A stretch of 51,779 nt of DNA, taken from contig CAZLSB010000003.1 in the NCBI GenBank assembly GCA_964561825.1, positions 1 through 51,779 on the forward strand, read 5' to 3'. Below the pieces are notes generated by a model. It did no database searches and was not told the origin of the DNA. It was given only the letters and a program-made list of their open reading frames with translations. The position numbers and the translations under genes were made by a program. The DNA is from an uncultured Xanthomonas sp. (GTDB lineage Bacteria; Pseudomonadota; Gammaproteobacteria; Xanthomonadales; SZUA-5). Below, one piece after another: positions 18,635-28,030 of the stretch. Within the stretch, counting starts at the first letter, position 1, and each line of letters begins with the position of its first letter.

Positions 18635-19384
18635 TTATGGCTGCAAAAAGCGCAGGAAATAATCCTTGGCGCTCTCGGTCTTATTGATATTGACGGCATT
18701 CGCCGGATCGACATCTTTCGGACACACTTCCGAGCAATAGCCCACTGCGGTGCAGTTAAACACGCCCTCTTCTGCATAGACCAAGGGCATGCGCTGCGCG
18801 CTACCGGCGTCGCGGCTATCCAGTTTGTAGCGTTGCACCAGCGCCATCGCCGCAGGCCCAATAAAATCGGAGTTCAGGCCAAATTGCGGACAGGCGGCGT
18901 AACACAGCAAGCAGTTGATGCACGAGCTGAGTTGCTCGTAGCGAGCCAGCTGTTGCGGTGTTTGCAGGTATTCGCCTTGGCTCAGTGCGCGCACTTCCTT
19001 GGGGATGATGTACGGTTTGATCAAACTGAGTTTGCTCATGAAATCATCCATGACCACGACCAAATCGCGCTCGATTGGAAAATGCGCGAGCGCTTCAATT
19101 CGCAAGGTGCCCGGATAGAGATCGCGCAAAAAGATGCTGCAGGCCAACTTCGGCACACCGTTGATCATCATGCCGCAGCTGCCGCAAATCGCCATCCGAC
19201 ATGACCAGCGATACGACAAGGTGCCGTCCAGTTCATCCTTGATGTACTGCAAACCTTGTAAAACCGACATGTCATCAGTGAACGGCACCTCAAAAGCCTG
19301 CACCACCGGCGCTTGCTCTTGCTCAGGCCGATAACGCAGCACTTCGATGCGAATGGTGCGCGGTTTGACTTTTACTTGGCTCAT
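18635..19384 (-). CDS. frdB: Fumarate reductase iron-sulfur subunit
   Basis: 2Fe-2S, 4Fe-4S and 3Fe-4S cysteine clusters are present (CRMAICGSCGMMING, CINCLLCYAACP, CTAVGYCSEVCP). It overlaps frdA by 4 nt. Confidence 0.9.
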   Translation of the reverse strand: MSQVKVKPRTIRIEVLRYRPEQEQAPVVQAFEVPFTDDMSVLQGLQYIKDELDGTLSYRWSCRMAICGSCGMMINGVPKLACSIFLRDLYPGTLRIEALAHFPIERDLVVVMDDFMSKLSLIKPYIIPKEVRALSQGEYLQTPQQLARYEQLSSCINCLLCYAACPQFGLNSDFIGPAAMALVQRYKLDSRDAGSAQRMPLVYAEEGVFNCTAVGYCSEVCPKDVDPANAVNINKTESAKDYFLRFLQP

Positions 19385-21198
19385 GGCGGGCCTTGCGCTG
19401 ACTTATTTTTGGCGTCCGCGGCTTCACCGGCGGCGCCATAGGCACGCACGCCGGGTGGTGAATGGGTGATTTTGACCGCTGCGTAGCTGATCACCGGTGG
19501 CGCATCGCCCGCGAAAGTGGCCAGTGAGTGTTGCAGGTAGTTGGCGTCGTCGCGCTTTTGATAAGCATCCAGACGCTGGTGCGCACCGCGTGATTCCTTG
19601 CGATGCAGCGCCGACACGGCCATCGCCTGCGCCACCTGCAACTGATAGCCAAGTTCAATGGCCAACAGCCATTCGGTATTGAACACGCTGGAGCCGTCAT
19701 CCACGCGCACCCGTTGGTAACGCTCGCGCAAACGGGCAAGTTCATCGCAGGTGGCCTGCATTTCATCGCCCGTGCGATAAATGCCCACTCCGCGTTCCAT
19801 GGTCTGCGCCATTTCGCGGCGCAAGACGGAAATACGCTCAGTGCCACGATTGTCACCCACCAAACTGAGCGCGCGCGTTTGCGCGGCCTGTGCTTGTTGC
19901 ATTAAGCGCGTGCCATTGCCGGGAGCGAGCTTGCGCGCGTACGCAGCGGCGTGATCGCCCGCGACTTTGCCAAACACGCAGATTTCCGACAGCGAGTTTG
20001 ATCCCAATCGATTTGCGCCATGAATGCCGACACTGGAGCACTCGCCGGCAGCATACAAACCCGGCATCGGGCTTGCGCATTGTCCATCGACCAAGATGCC
20101 GCCCATCGTGTAGTGCGCCGCCGGACGCACCGGGATTGGCGTGAGCGCAGGATCGATGCCCATGAATTGCTTCGCCAACTCGCAGATTTGCGGCAGGCGT
20201 TCGCGCAATTTCTGGGCGCCAAGATGCCGCAGATCCAGATGCACCGCCGAACCCTGCGGTCCTTCAATCGTGCGGCCTTTTTGCTGCTCGTACCAGAAAG
20301 CCTGACTGAGCCGATCCCGCGGGCCCAGTTCCATCGCTTTATTGCGCGGCGTGGGTTCGGCCGGCCCCAAACCGTAGTCCTGCAGATAACGATAGCCATC
20401 CTTGTTGACCAAAAAGCCGCCCTCACCACGACAAGCCTCGGTAAACAACAAACCGGTCCCCGGCATGCAGGTCGGGTGATATTGCACAAACTCCATATCG
20501 CGCAGCGGCACGCCATGTCGGTACGCCAGCGCCATGCCATCGCCGGTGACGATGCCGCCATTGGTGTTTTCGCGAAAAACACGACCGGCGCCACCCGTAG
20601 CGATGATCACCGACCTGGCCTCAATCATGACGAATTCGCCAGACGCAATGTGGATAGCCACAGCGCCCTTAGCGCAGCCCTCTTCCACTAATAGATCGAC
20701 GCAAAAGTACTCGTCGAAGCGTTTGATGGACGGAAACTGCAACGAGGTCTGAAACAGCGTGTGCAGCATATGAAAGCCGGATCTATCGGCGGCAAACCAC
20801 GTGCGTTCGATCTTCATGCCACCAAAGGCGCGCACATTGATATGTCCGTCCGGCTTGCGGCTCCAGGGACAACCCCAATGTTCCAACTGCACCATTTCTT
20901 CGGTGCAATGGGCGACAAAATAGTCAACGACATCTTGCTCGCACAGCCAATCGCCGCCCGCCACGGTGTCATGAAAGTGATGTTGCAAACTGTCGTGCGC
21001 CTGCACCACGCCCGCAGCGCCGCCCTCAGCGGCCACCGTGTGGCTGCGCATCGGGTAGACCTTGGAGATCAGCGCGACGGTCAGTGAGGGATCTTGTTGC
21101 GCAATGGCAATAGCCGCGCGTAGCCCAGCGCCCCCCGCTCCAATGATCGCCACATCCGCCCGGAACGCTTGCACAATCGCCTCAATGGAACGCCGCAA
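19381..21198 (-). CDS. frdA: Fumarate reductase flavoprotein subunit
   Basis: There is near-colinear similarity by eye to E. coli FrdA (ADVAIIGAGGAGLRAAIA, SKVYPMRSHTVAAEGG, HFHDTVAGGDWLCEQDVVDYF, RPAAHYTMGGI). The true start could be a few codons inside the ORF. Confidence 0.92.
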   Translation of the reverse strand: MRRSIEAIVQAFRADVAIIGAGGAGLRAAIAIAQQDPSLTVALISKVYPMRSHTVAAEGGAAGVVQAHDSLQHHFHDTVAGGDWLCEQDVVDYFVAHCTEEMVQLEHWGCPWSRKPDGHINVRAFGGMKIERTWFAADRSGFHMLHTLFQTSLQFPSIKRFDEYFCVDLLVEEGCAKGAVAIHIASGEFVMIEARSVIIATGGAGRVFRENTNGGIVTGDGMALAYRHGVPLRDMEFVQYHPTCMPGTGLLFTEACRGEGGFLVNKDGYRYLQDYGLGPAEPTPRNKAMELGPRDRLSQAFWYEQQKGRTIEGPQGSAVHLDLRHLGAQKLRERLPQICELAKQFMGIDPALTPIPVRPAAHYTMGGILVDGQCASPMPGLYAAGECSSVGIHGANRLGSNSLSEICVFGKVAGDHAAAYARKLAPGNGTRLMQQAQAAQTRALSLVGDNRGTERISVLRREMAQTMERGVGIYRTGDEMQATCDELARLRERYQRVRVDDGSSVFNTEWLLAIELGYQLQVAQAMAVSALHRKESRGAHQRLDAYQKRDDANYLQHSLATFAGDAPPVISYAAVKITHSPPGVRAYGAAGEAADAKNKSAQGPP

Positions 21199-21257
21199 AC
21201 TGAAGCAAACAGTAAGCGACTCAAACCAAAGGCGTGTTGAGTCAAATCAAGGGCGAA

Positions 21258-22160
21258 CTATTCGGTGGGCGCGTTCAAATCAGCTTCGCTGAAATCAACG
21301 TCTTCGACTTCCAGCAAGGTGGTTTGGCCGCGTTCGCGCCGTCGCCGCGGGTGCAGGCGTAGCTGACGTTTAGACAACCAATCCAGCGATGTGCGTAACC
21401 ACCACCAGCGATGGATGCGGTACGCCAATCGGGCGCAACAGACCAACACCACAATGACCAATGCTGCCACTTGGCCAAATAACAAAAAGAGCCATGACAG
21501 CGCCAGCACGCCGGCGATCACATCAATCGAATCGTCTGATTCCAGGAAGACGTCACGGGTTCCGACGGTGCCCGTTTTTGCGGTTGTAACCCACAGCAGT
21601 GCACGCAAACTGCGCGTCACAAACACGCCAATCATCAACACTGGCAGGAACAAATTGGACAATACGGCCTTCCATTCCAACACGCCCAACTTGGTCATCG
21701 AAATCGCAACGATGGGCAAAACCAGCAAGGCCAAAATGCCAGATAGCACTAAAGTGGGTTGCAACTTCGGCTTCAGGCGCCCCGCCAGACGTACCGTTTC
21801 ACCCCTTTCAACGGTCCGACAAATAGCCAGAACTTCCTCAACGCGGTGCTCGCGTGCATGACTGTAATGCACCCAGCGCGACGCCAATCCGTAACGCATG
21901 CCATCAATGAGCACCGACAAAACCGCATTAAAGAGCAAAAACAGCAAAATCCCGGCCGGCGTCCAACCTAGCCAAAGGCCTAAGCCAAGAACCAAGAACG
22001 AGCGCGCGACCACCCAAATTTGCGCGCGCGCGTGCTGCATGCCACGCGACAACACGTGATTGCGGGCGCGCGCCAGTTCTTTCCCCAGCACCGCCAGTTC
22101 ACCATTGCGGATGGGGACGCGCTTACGCCGAATCAACAATGACAGAGCACCCAACATCAT
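21258..22160 (-). CDS. Hypothetical polytopic inner-membrane protein
   Basis: The start is taken at MMLGALSLL (22160). The track extension to 22325 is Arg/Cys-rich. There are at least six hydrophobic helices. I recognise no family. Confidence 0.55.
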   Translation of the reverse strand: MMLGALSLLIRRKRVPIRNGELAVLGKELARARNHVLSRGMQHARAQIWVVARSFLVLGLGLWLGWTPAGILLFLLFNAVLSVLIDGMRYGLASRWVHYSHAREHRVEEVLAICRTVERGETVRLAGRLKPKLQPTLVLSGILALLVLPIVAISMTKLGVLEWKAVLSNLFLPVLMIGVFVTRSLRALLWVTTAKTGTVGTRDVFLESDDSIDVIAGVLALSWLFLLFGQVAALVIVVLVCCARLAYRIHRWWWLRTSLDWLSKRQLRLHPRRRRERGQTTLLEVEDVDFSEADLNAPTE

Positions 22161-22494
22161 TTCGATAACCTCAGGTGATCTAGAACGATTGCACTTGGCG
22201 CATGGGAGGCGTCGCCCTGCCGCGCAGTGTCGAAGCCTTCGGGCTGCAAAGCTTGCCCGGCCAGCGGCTAGCTCACGGCCGTTAAGACTAACAGCCTGTC
22301 GTACTTGTGAGAAATCGGCTGTCAATTAGCGCAATTCAACTAGTGGACCGACCTGTTTGTCATCAATTCGCAACAACGCCGGCGCTTTCATTGTTTCGTC
22401 TACCACACGGAACGAAGCTTATTCGGGCGGATTGGCAATACTGTTTGCCTGGGTTTGATGCGATGCGCAGCACCTATTTGACAGGAGTATTTCA

Positions 22495-22983
22495 ATGAAC
22501 AGCCCTAAACGCCATACCGGTCGACGACTCGTTGCCCTTTCGTTGGCGCTCAGTCCGGTTATTGCGCAGGCCGACTATGTCCCTACGGCAATCAATCGCG
22601 CGTTCATTGACCCCGCCAGCTTGCCGGTGGTTGTCGACGGCTACCAAGGCGGCGACGAAGTATCATTTATCTTTGAAACCACGCCCGAAATTACCGGCGG
22701 CGCCACCTCGGGGGTGGGCGCGTGGTCGACGGTGTACTTGCCACGCGGTGCACGCGTCTTTGCCGCGGAACGGCTGGTGGATTCAGGTGGCGTCTACGTA
22801 ACCATCCCCGCACGTGACCTTGCCACCATGTCCAGTGCTGAGCCAGGTGGCGCCGGTGGCGATTCGGCGCTGCGCTCATTCTTTTTGATCACAGAAGACG
22901 TTTGCGGCGGCCCCGGCCTGCAAGATGTGCTTGCAGGCCGGGTCGCTGGCGTAGCTATCCATTTTTGGATGCGGAAAAGCTAG
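22495..22983 (+). CDS. Hypothetical small exported protein, possibly a truncated remnant
   Basis: 162 aa with an AGGAG 7 nt upstream of the ATG and the signal peptide LVALSLALSPVIAQA. I recognise no family. The C-terminus ends abruptly (AIHFWMRKS). Confidence 0.45.
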   Translation: MNSPKRHTGRRLVALSLALSPVIAQADYVPTAINRAFIDPASLPVVVDGYQGGDEVSFIFETTPEITGGATSGVGAWSTVYLPRGARVFAAERLVDSGGVYVTIPARDLATMSSAEPGGAGGDSALRSFFLITEDVCGGPGLQDVLAGRVAGVAIHFWMRKS

Positions 22984-23040
22984 ATGGAATGTCCTTGGGA
23001 TGGAGTTGAGTCCGACTGCTGGAATGCTTTCAGCGGGGAT

Positions 23041-23682
23041 CTACTTACCAGCAACATTGCCCCACAGCAGCTTGTGCAACTGCAACTGAAAGCGCACCGG
23101 CAATCGATCGGTCAGTATCCAGTCCACTAAGTCGGTGGGCGCCAAACGGTCGGCTACCGGCGAAAACAACACCTGACAGATGCTTTGCAGTTGGCGAGTA
23201 CGACATTGTTCGCTTGCCCAGTCGTAATCGGCGCGATCGGCAATGACAAACTTGATCTGATCCAAGCGGGTCAGCAGTTCAAGATTCTCGTAACGATTGC
23301 GCGCCACTTCGCCGGAGCCCGGGCATTTCAGGTCAAGCACCTTGCGCACCCGCGGGTCGACTAGTGAAACGTCCATCGCGCCTGAGGTTTCCAGGGATAC
23401 CTCATGGCCGGCGTCACACAAGGCCGTCAATAATGGCAAACAGGCGCGCTGCGCCAGCGGTTCACCGCCCGTGACACAGACGTGTCGGGTAGCGTAACTG
23501 GCAACCGTGGCCAACACCTCGTCTAGACTGCGCTTGTCACCACCTTGGAAGGAATAGGTGGTGTCGCACCAGACGCAGCGCAAGGGACAGCCGGTAAGAC
23601 GTACAAACACCGTCGGCCAGCCGACCGCGTCTGCTTCACCCTGAATCGAGTGAAAAATTTCGGTGATCCGCAAGCTACTCAT
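23041..23682 (-). CDS. queE: 7-carboxy-7-deazaguanine synthase (radical SAM)
   Basis: The start is at MSSLRITEIFHSIQGE (23682). The radical-SAM cluster is CPLRCVWCDT. The track extension to 23889 overlaps cpoB and is not protein-like. Confidence 0.88.
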   Translation of the reverse strand: MSSLRITEIFHSIQGEADAVGWPTVFVRLTGCPLRCVWCDTTYSFQGGDKRSLDEVLATVASYATRHVCVTGGEPLAQRACLPLLTALCDAGHEVSLETSGAMDVSLVDPRVRKVLDLKCPGSGEVARNRYENLELLTRLDQIKFVIADRADYDWASEQCRTRQLQSICQVLFSPVADRLAPTDLVDWILTDRLPVRFQLQLHKLLWGNVAGK

Positions 23683-23756
23683 GCCGAACGATTTTTCCAC
23701 TCCGACGCAAGCGGCAGCCCGGATGGCGCACAGCGCATCCGGGACACACTCCGGGT

Positions 23757-24626
23757 CTAACGCCCATCCAGGCGCAAGGCGCGCAAACGGCCCTGAGCGA
23801 GACGCGCGACCGGGGTATCCGGATAACGTGACACCACCTCGTTCAGCGTGCTGGCCGCGCGACCGGTATCGCCCAATTCGTATTGGCAATAGCCAATTTT
23901 CAAAAGGCCATCGGGTGCTTTGCGGCTATCAGGGAAACGAGACAGCAAGTTTTGGAAAGTTTCCAGTGCAATCTGGTAATTCTGCGTCACGTAATAGGAT
24001 TCGCCCAGCCAATAGGTGGCGTTGGCGGCGAATTCACCATCCGGAAACTGTTGCAGAAAGCTGGAGAATAACTGCGAGGATTCTGCGTAGCGGCCCTGTT
24101 TGAGCGCTTCGAAAGCAGTCTCATAGGCCAACTTTTCGTCGGCGTTTGGCGTGGAAACGGCGCCTCCGACGGTTTCTGCGCCCGCGGGAATCGCTGCTGC
24201 CGGCTGCGCCAGAGTGGTGACCGGCTCGTCAAAACTCAGTTGCTCGGGCGCATTGCTAGCGGCCGGCTCACTGGCCGCTGGCCGCGAAGGCACGGTCATT
24301 CCGCCGCCCTCCAGGCGCTGCAAACGCGAATCTAGATCGACATATTGATCGCGTTGGCGCTTTTTCAGGTTTTCAATTTCGAACGCCTGATTTTCGACCA
24401 AACCACGCAAGCTCTGCACTTCTGCCTGCAGTTCCTGTTGCCGCACGAGTAATTCCGACACGTTGCCAGAATTACCGCTGCCCTGTACTTGTCGTTCTAA
24501 TTGCTCAACGCGCTCAGCCAAGCTGAGGCGACTTTGCCCAAAGGCCGACCCGGAAACGCAAACGGCGGCCACCAGGGCCGCCGTCAGGGATCGAAGTCGT
24601 AAGTTCTGAACGTCGATCATGATCAC
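23757..24626 (-). CDS. cpoB: Tol-Pal system protein CpoB/YbgF
   Basis: It has a signal peptide, an N-terminal coiled coil (LERQVQG...QQELQAEVQSLRG) and C-terminal TPR repeats. It sits immediately downstream of pal. Confidence 0.85.
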   Translation of the reverse strand: MIMIDVQNLRLRSLTAALVAAVCVSGSAFGQSRLSLAERVEQLERQVQGSGNSGNVSELLVRQQELQAEVQSLRGLVENQAFEIENLKKRQRDQYVDLDSRLQRLEGGGMTVPSRPAASEPAASNAPEQLSFDEPVTTLAQPAAAIPAGAETVGGAVSTPNADEKLAYETAFEALKQGRYAESSQLFSSFLQQFPDGEFAANATYWLGESYYVTQNYQIALETFQNLLSRFPDSRKAPDGLLKIGYCQYELGDTGRAASTLNEVVSRYPDTPVARLAQGRLRALRLDGR

Positions 24627-24637
24627 AGCACTGCCTG

Positions 24638-25159
24638 TTATTGCTTGGCGGTGTAAACGATCTCAGCGCGACGATTCTTCGACCAGCAGTTGTCACTGCT
24701 GTCGGTGCAAATCGGACGCTCTTCACCGTAGCTGACCACACCAACCTGCTCACCACGGCCACCGTTGGCGAGCAGTAAATCGCGTACTGAATTGCCGCGA
24801 CGCTCGCCGAGGGCAACGTTGTACTCGCGCGAACCGCGCTCGTCAGCGTGACCTTCCAGAGAAATCCTGGCGCCCGGATTGGCTGCCAGCCACTTGCCGT
24901 GGCACTTCAGCATTTCCAGCGCTTCCGACTTGATCGTAGCTTGATCGTAGTCGAAGTAGGCGATGCGCGAAACCAGGCACGGCTTGCTGTCGAGCAGCGC
25001 CGGGTTGGTCCAGCTCTCGTCTTGCATCGGCTGCGTTGGGGTCTGCTCGGTGGTACGCACTGGGTCAGACTGCATCGGCTTAACAACTTCTTTCTTTGTA
25101 CAAGCGCCCAAGCCAGCAACAGCGAGAGCGAGAACCAGGACGCGAATCGGGGTATTCAT
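24638..25159 (-). CDS. pal: Peptidoglycan-associated lipoprotein
   Basis: The lipobox is LGAC. The OmpA-like C-terminal domain is LEGHADERGSREYNVALGERRGNSV...RRAEIVY. Confidence 0.92.
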   Translation of the reverse strand: MNTPIRVLVLALAVAGLGACTKKEVVKPMQSDPVRTTEQTPTQPMQDESWTNPALLDSKPCLVSRIAYFDYDQATIKSEALEMLKCHGKWLAANPGARISLEGHADERGSREYNVALGERRGNSVRDLLLANGGRGEQVGVVSYGEERPICTDSSDNCWSKNRRAEIVYTAKQ

Positions 25160-25220
25160 TGGTTTTTTTCCTTAACTACGTATGACAGCGAACAAGACGT
25201 GAATTCTAAGTTTTTCGGGT

Positions 25221-26540
25221 TCAACGTTGCCTGAAGGGGCCCCAGGCGGGTTCACGGACGTCGCCGTCCGGCAGAGCTAGCCGCTGTCGCACCGATCCAT
25301 CGACCGATGCGGCATACAGTACACCGCGATTGCCCTCGCGGGCGGCGTACAAAATCATGCTTGCATTGGGGGCAAAGCTTGGGGATTCGTCCAATGGACC
25401 TGGAGAAATCAAGCGAACCGCCCCCGCGCCCCCGCGCTCGCGATCAACAACCGCAATACGATACACGTTCTTATTGCCTTGCACCATTGCCAACAAGCGA
25501 CCGTCGTAGGAGGCCGTGACTTTGGCATTATACTCACCTGCGGCACTGATGCGTTCAGGCGTGCCGCCATCGACGGAAACGCCATAAATCTGCGGTTTGC
25601 CGGAGCGATCGGAAGTGAACAGCAGACTGTTGCCACCCGGCATCCACGCAGCTTCGGTATCGATCGCAAAATGCCGTGTCAGTTGCGTCAAGCCGTTGTT
25701 CGCCAGGTTGAGTAGGTAGATCTCCGGATTGCCGCCTTTGGATAAAGTGACTGCCAGCCGTGTGCCGTCCGGTGAGAAGGTGGGCGCGCCATTAATGCCT
25801 TTGAACGAACTCACTAAGCGCCGTGAACCGGTGGCCAGTTCATGCACGTAGATCGTGTGCCCGCCTTGCCGTTCAAAACTGACATAAGCCAGGTAGCGCC
25901 CGTCGGGTGACCAGGATGGCGACAAAAACGGCTCAGAATTCCACACGATACGCTGCGGGTTAAAGCCGTCGGAATCGGCGATCCAAATGGCGTATTCGTA
26001 TTTCCCTTCGCCCTGTCGTTTGGCGGTGATGTATGCCACGCGGGTGAAAAATGCACCGCGCACGCCGAGGATTTTCTCGTAGACCAAATCGGCGATTTGG
26101 TGCGACACGGCGCGAAACTCACCGGGGCGCACCGGCAGCGCCAATGCCAACAGCGATTGCTGCTTCAGCACATCATGCAATTCAAATTCGACGCGGAAGC
26201 CCGCCTCACCGGCACTGAGCACGCGGCCGATCACCAGATAATCTTGTTTGAGCATTTTCCAGGTCGGAAAACGCACATCGGCGGCGCGCGCTGGCAGTTC
26301 GACCACATCTTCCTTGCGCAGCACCCGGAACTGACCGGAGCGATTCAAGTCAGCGCGCACAATTTGATCAATGGCGGAAGGATCAGGCATGGAAGCCGCT
26401 TCCCACGCGAATGGCACAATGGCCACTGGAATGGCCGCTTCGCGTCCGTCGACGATATCGATTTCCAAGCCTTGCGCATTGGCGATTCGCGCGCCACTGA
26501 CCAGGATCAACAATAAAAGGGCGCTAATTAATCTTTGCAT
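25221..26540 (-). CDS. tolB: Tol-Pal system beta-propeller protein TolB
   Basis: It has a signal peptide and the repeated propeller motif P.WSPDG..LAY/F.S.R.G. The start is at M6 (26540) or at the ORF limit 26555. Confidence 0.9.
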   Translation of the reverse strand: MQRLISALLLLILVSGARIANAQGLEIDIVDGREAAIPVAIVPFAWEAASMPDPSAIDQIVRADLNRSGQFRVLRKEDVVELPARAADVRFPTWKMLKQDYLVIGRVLSAGEAGFRVEFELHDVLKQQSLLALALPVRPGEFRAVSHQIADLVYEKILGVRGAFFTRVAYITAKRQGEGKYEYAIWIADSDGFNPQRIVWNSEPFLSPSWSPDGRYLAYVSFERQGGHTIYVHELATGSRRLVSSFKGINGAPTFSPDGTRLAVTLSKGGNPEIYLLNLANNGLTQLTRHFAIDTEAAWMPGGNSLLFTSDRSGKPQIYGVSVDGGTPERISAAGEYNAKVTASYDGRLLAMVQGNKNVYRIAVVDRERGGAGAVRLISPGPLDESPSFAPNASMILYAAREGNRGVLYAASVDGSVRQRLALPDGDVREPAWGPFRQR

Positions 26541-26544
26541 CGGT

Positions 26545-27444
26545 TCACCCGTCATAGCGGAAGTTGAAATTCAACGAGGATTGGAAGACTGACTCAAAAC
26601 CCATGTACGGCAGCGGACTGGCACGTTCCACGGCCTCAATAATGGACCGTTGAATCAGCGGATCGGCATTGCAAGGTGATCCAATCGTCACCCCAATCAC
26701 TTCGCCACCTGGAATTTGCCGCACGCGCAGCGAACAACGAATGCCAGCCGGCGTATTGGCAGGCCGTCGCCAATTCTGCGTAACCACTTCTTGGATCAAG
26801 CCGGCGTATTGGCTGAGCAAATCGTTAGCAACGTCCTGACCTGGGCGCTGACTACCCTCCGGCTGCTTAGGTTCAGACGCTTGGGTGAGGATTTGATCGG
26901 CGCGCTGCGCTTCTTGGGCACGCGCGAGGCGCTGCTCTTCGGCCTGCGTTTGCCGCGCAGCTTCAGCGCGCTGTCGGCGGATGTCTTCGAGCTGCTGCGC
27001 GCGCTGCTGTTCAATCTCTTGCTGGCGGCGCAAATCTTCTTGCTGCAGCCGCAGCTCTTCACGCTGGCGTTCCAAATTGAGCGCGTCTGGAAGCGCCGCG
27101 GCTGGCGCTTGCGGGCGTTGATCGGTCACGTCATCCGGCTTGGCCTGTGGTGGCGGTGGCGGCGGCGCAGGCTCTGGTTTGGCGATCGGTTCTTTGACCG
27201 GCTCAGGTTCAGGCGCGGGTTTCGGAACCGCCGGTTGCACGGGTTTCGGCGTGGGTTTGGCCGCCGGTTTGGGCAAGGGTCGGCCGATATTCATATCGAC
27301 GAGCACCGCTTCCAGCGCGCCACCGGAGATCACCGGCTTTTTCGGCGGACTGACCAACAAGCCAGCAAACATCATCAACGCAGCGAGCACATGCACGCCA
27401 ACGGCGTAGGCAAAAGCGCGGGTTTGGTCGCGGGTCGATTCCAT
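26545..27444 (-). CDS. tolA: Tol-Pal system protein TolA
   Basis: It has an N-terminal TM helix, a Pro/Lys-rich and E/Q/R-rich helical linker, and a C-terminal TolA/TonB-like domain. It sits between tolR and tolB. Confidence 0.85.
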   Translation of the reverse strand: MESTRDQTRAFAYAVGVHVLAALMMFAGLLVSPPKKPVISGGALEAVLVDMNIGRPLPKPAAKPTPKPVQPAVPKPAPEPEPVKEPIAKPEPAPPPPPPQAKPDDVTDQRPQAPAAALPDALNLERQREELRLQQEDLRRQQEIEQQRAQQLEDIRRQRAEAARQTQAEEQRLARAQEAQRADQILTQASEPKQPEGSQRPGQDVANDLLSQYAGLIQEVVTQNWRRPANTPAGIRCSLRVRQIPGGEVIGVTIGSPCNADPLIQRSIIEAVERASPLPYMGFESVFQSSLNFNFRYDG

Positions 27445-27494
27445 GGCTCAGGCTGCAACTGGCGTTGGCAGCTGGGCAACGCAGGACTGCGATC

Positions 27495-27920
27495 TCACTT
27501 TTCTGGCTCCGGCGTTATCGGATCCGCCATCAGACCCACGCGCGGCGCGCCTGCGGCCTGCAGCGCAACCATGGCCTGATAAACCGTGCCGTAATCCACC
27601 GAGCGATCACCACCCACCAACACCGGTACTTTGGGGTTATTGCGTACGAACGCACCCACTTTGCTGGTCAGCCCTTCCAGGTCAATGGACTCGCGCTCAC
27701 CAGCAATGGTCAAAAAGAATGCGCCATCTCGATCCACACTGACGATCAGCGGGTCTTCCGGCGTTTCCAAGGGATTGGCGTTGGCTTGCGGTAAATCCAG
27801 CTCTACACCCAAATTCATCAACGGTGCGGTGACCATAAAAATGATCAGTAGCACCAACATCACGTCGATGTACGGCACCACATTGATATCAGATACAGGT
27901 TTGCGGCGTTTGCGGCGCAT
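27495..27920 (-). CDS. tolR: Tol-Pal system protein TolR (ExbD family)
   Basis: DINVVPYIDVMLVLLIIFMVTAP is the ExbD/TolR signature TM segment. 141 aa. Confidence 0.9.
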   Translation of the reverse strand: MRRKRRKPVSDINVVPYIDVMLVLLIIFMVTAPLMNLGVELDLPQANANPLETPEDPLIVSVDRDGAFFLTIAGERESIDLEGLTSKVGAFVRNNPKVPVLVGGDRSVDYGTVYQAMVALQAAGAPRVGLMADPITPEPEK

Positions 27921-28030
27921 GGCTTATCGACTACGAAAGAAAAGGGAACTTAAAAAATCAACACTACCCGTGCATCAAACTGCAATAACGCGCCCAAGGG
28001 TGAATTGGGGTTTTGCAGGCGTTGAGTCAA

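Noticed and set aside
21218-21243. A hairpin, GACTCAA...TTGAGTC, between the hypothetical membrane gene and frdA, considered as a terminator.
   Set aside because: The stem is AT-rich and only 7 bp, the loop is 12 nt, and there is no U-tract on the relevant (minus) strand.
26545-27444. Repetitive Pro/Lys/Ala and Glu/Gln/Arg low-complexity coding sequence that looked like a tandem repeat.
   Set aside because: This is the normal domain II linker of TolA, in the expected position between tolR and tolB. It is not a separate repeat element.
27921-28030. An unusually long (110 nt), AT-richer spacer between tolQ and tolR, which are usually tightly linked.
   Set aside because: I could not find a convincing hairpin, small ORF or repeat in it. 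It is probably just a spacer with the tolR RBS. I do not count it as a finding without transcript data.
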